Shown here: piece by piece, positions 23,088 to 24,631 of the stretch
Position numbering within the stretch: position 1 is the stretch's first letter
Layout of the letters: every line of letters starts with the position of its first letter
Source of the DNA: Patescibacteria group bacterium
Lineage (GTDB): Bacteria > Patescibacteriota > Minisyncoccia > UBA6257 > 2-01-FULL-56-20
Direction: 5' to 3'
Length of the DNA stretch: 24,631 bases
Assembly (NCBI GenBank): GCA_038055675.1
Contig: JBBUHS010000033.1
Coordinates: 1-24,631, forward strand
Translations under genes and position numbers: made by a program
Notes under the pieces: generated by a model
Seen by the model: only the letters and a program-made list of their open reading frames with translations
Told to the model about the DNA's origin: nothing
Database searches by the model: none

Positions 23088-23363
23088 ATGACTAAAGATG
23101 GATTATCAGAAGCCTTAATGAAGGCTGTTGGTATGGATGCAAAAAGCCATGCCAAAACGGCTGTTGAAGCCGTGTTTGAAATTATTACAAAGACCTTAGG
23201 TCGCGGTGAGGAGGTTGCTATTGCCGGGTTTGGAACATTCCGAATAGCCAAGCGAGCAGCTCGCATGGGCGTGAATCCAAAGACGGGAGAGAAGATCCAT
23301 ATTGCTGCCTCTGTGAAACCGAAATTCCGAGCCGGAAAGGCTTTAAAAGAAGCCGTTGCCTAG
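23088..23363 (+). CDS. hup: Histone-like DNA-binding protein HU
   Basis: GEEVAIAGFGTF, RAARMGVNPKTGE, PKFRAGKALKEAV; 91 aa. Confidence 0.96.
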   Translation: MTKDGLSEALMKAVGMDAKSHAKTAVEAVFEIITKTLGRGEEVAIAGFGTFRIAKRAARMGVNPKTGEKIHIAASVKPKFRAGKALKEAVA

Positions 23364-23388
23364 GGTTCAAAAGAAAAAGTTTTCAATT

Positions 23389-23428
23389 GCAAAAAAACAC
23401 TCCCTTTAGAGAGGGAGTGTTTTTTTGC
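23389..23428. terminator. Bidirectional terminator shared by HU and the convergent ORF
   Basis: GCAAAAAAACACTCCCTT-TAGA-GAGGGAGTGTTTTTTTGC, 18-bp stem with one G-U pair. Confidence 0.92.
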
Positions 23429-24164
23429 TGACTTCGCTTATTTCTAAAAATACCGTATATGCCTTGGCTAGTTTTTCGAGGGATGATTTTGTCTTTTCGC
23501 GTCCAGCATCGACTTCATGATTGGCGAAATCTTTCCAGGCGTTCTGATTTTCCAATGACGCTTCTTGAAATATCGCTACCGCTTCTTTCTCGAGAACAAT
23601 GATTTCATGATCGGCTGGGAGCTTAAAGGCGTCAAGGGTTTTCTTGATATCAGAGAATCTTTTCGCTCCTGTTTCAAAAAGAACCTGATTACTGTTCCAG
23701 TCGAGAATACTCTGAATAATAAACTCGAGCTGGTCATCAGCCTGCAACTTCCTCGCGGCAAACTCCTTAGCCATATCTTTGGCTCCTTTTAGTCCCAGGG
23801 TGTCGATTTGGGTTTCCTTATAAGAATAGAAGCCAATATTTTCTTGGATCTGGCGGTGAATCCATTCGATAAAAGCTTTCCCTTCCGGCGTAGTGGTTCT
23901 GACTAAGGAGAGCTGAGAATCGAGATCTTCCGCATTTTTTCTGAGGCAGCCACCCGAGATCTTTAGAAGATCTTTTCTAATTTTCAGCTCAGCGAGTACG
24001 CCCAGAGAATCATCAGGATTTACTCTGGTTTGGATTTTTTTCAACTCATCTACCTTAGTGCCAAAATCACAAAATCCCGCTTCAGCGTGAACGGTTCCCG
24101 GAAGACTTGTAGTAAGGGCCAAAAAAAGCCCAAGAATGATAGAAAGGGAACGAATCAGTTTCAT
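23406..24164 (-). CDS. Hypothetical exported alpha-helical protein
   Basis: Signal peptide MKLIRSLSIILGLFLALTTSLPGTVHA; helical/coiled-coil composition; starts 3 nt after the upstream stop. Confidence 0.8.
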   Translation of the reverse strand: MKLIRSLSIILGLFLALTTSLPGTVHAEAGFCDFGTKVDELKKIQTRVNPDDSLGVLAELKIRKDLLKISGGCLRKNAEDLDSQLSLVRTTTPEGKAFIEWIHRQIQENIGFYSYKETQIDTLGLKGAKDMAKEFAARKLQADDQLEFIIQSILDWNSNQVLFETGAKRFSDIKKTLDAFKLPADHEIIVLEKEAVAIFQEASLENQNAWKDFANHEVDAGREKTKSSLEKLAKAYTVFLEISEVSKKTLPL

Positions 24165-24167
24165 TTT

Positions 24168-24631
24168 TTAATTTGAAAGAAGCTCTAAGACTTCTGCTAT
24201 TTCAGGAGTCGGGGTGGTTGTGGCGGTAGAGGCGGTGCTGGTCTCAGTTGCCGAAGGGGTTACGGCTGGACGAGGGGCTTTCTTCCTTAAAACAGCAGGA
24301 GTGGTGGCTGTTTGAAGTGTGCTCGAGCTCTCTTCGTAGTCGAGACCAAGAAGCTTGATCTGGATATCGATGGCTTCAGCTTCGGCTCTCAGACCGCCAG
24401 AGTTCAAGCTATTAGACCGAATAGGGGAGAAGAGACTTACTAAAGAAGAGTTACCAACCATGACAAAAAGGAGGAGGCCAACCATGGCCACAGCTGCTCC
24501 GTACTCAGCGACGCGGAAGAATGTAAAAGAAAACCAGGAGGTTTTTGAGTTTCGCGGGCTCATTACGATCGTACTCAAAGACCGATCGGCGTAGTTCCGA
24601 TCTGGTTCGATATTTTTTAGAATCTTTAAAA
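24168..24631 (-). CDS. Hypothetical single-pass membrane protein, 5'-truncated by the window edge
   Basis: The frame stays open from 24578 to the window end (...LKILKNIEPDRNYADRSLSTIV...), followed by a TM helix and a Thr/Pro-rich tail. Confidence 0.75.
   Translation of the reverse strand, partial: LKILKNIEPDRNYADRSLSTIVMSPRNSKTSWFSFTFFRVAEYGAAVAMVGLLLFVMVGNSSLVSLFSPIRSNSLNSGGLRAEAEAIDIQIKLLGLDYEESSSTLQTATTPAVLRKKAPRPAVTPSATETSTASTATTTPTPEIAEVLELLSN

Noticed and set aside
1577-24594. Many 60-135 aa ORFs antisense to or nested in the long genes
   Set aside because: Shadow ORFs of well-supported genes, with no motifs or independent expression signals.
1-24631. Alternative genetic code 25 (TGA read as Gly)
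   Set aside because: Core genes translate full-length under code 11, and TGA acts as a stop in an ATGA overlap at 14846-14849.

Overview
A 24.6-kb window of bacterial chromosome (genetic code 11; TGA is used as a stop at 14847-14849). Gene content, lack of Shine-Dalgarno sites on core genes and the surface-protein architecture suggest Patescibacteria/CPR (Parcubacteria-like); this is inference, not a database result. Layout: rpsO-[160-nt structured RNA]-NYN nuclease-pnp; an unannotated 49-aa membrane peptide with its own promoter, SD and terminator; a membrane-anchored hypothetical; ftsK-rodZ-like-recA (minus strand); a small divergent HTH/80-aa cassette; DEDDy exonuclease-cysteine desulfurase-clpB-membrane protein-GalU-like transferase; a hairpin- and repeat-rich gap; a helical-bundle/winged-helix protein; a heptamer-periodic inverted repeat; a 1129-aa peptidoglycan-binding S-layer-like protein followed by a Wzy_C-TPR glycosyltransferase; HU; and two minus-strand exported/membrane proteins, the last cut by the window edge. 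No rRNA, tRNA, CRISPR array, transposase or integrase was found. The most interesting signals are non-coding: near-leaderless promoters on most core genes versus SD only on accessory ORFs, a shared AAAGGTCGAGGA leader motif, several structured RNA/DNA elements, and GC-rich palindromes apparently inserted in frame into genes. All promoter and RNA-fold calls were made by eye.
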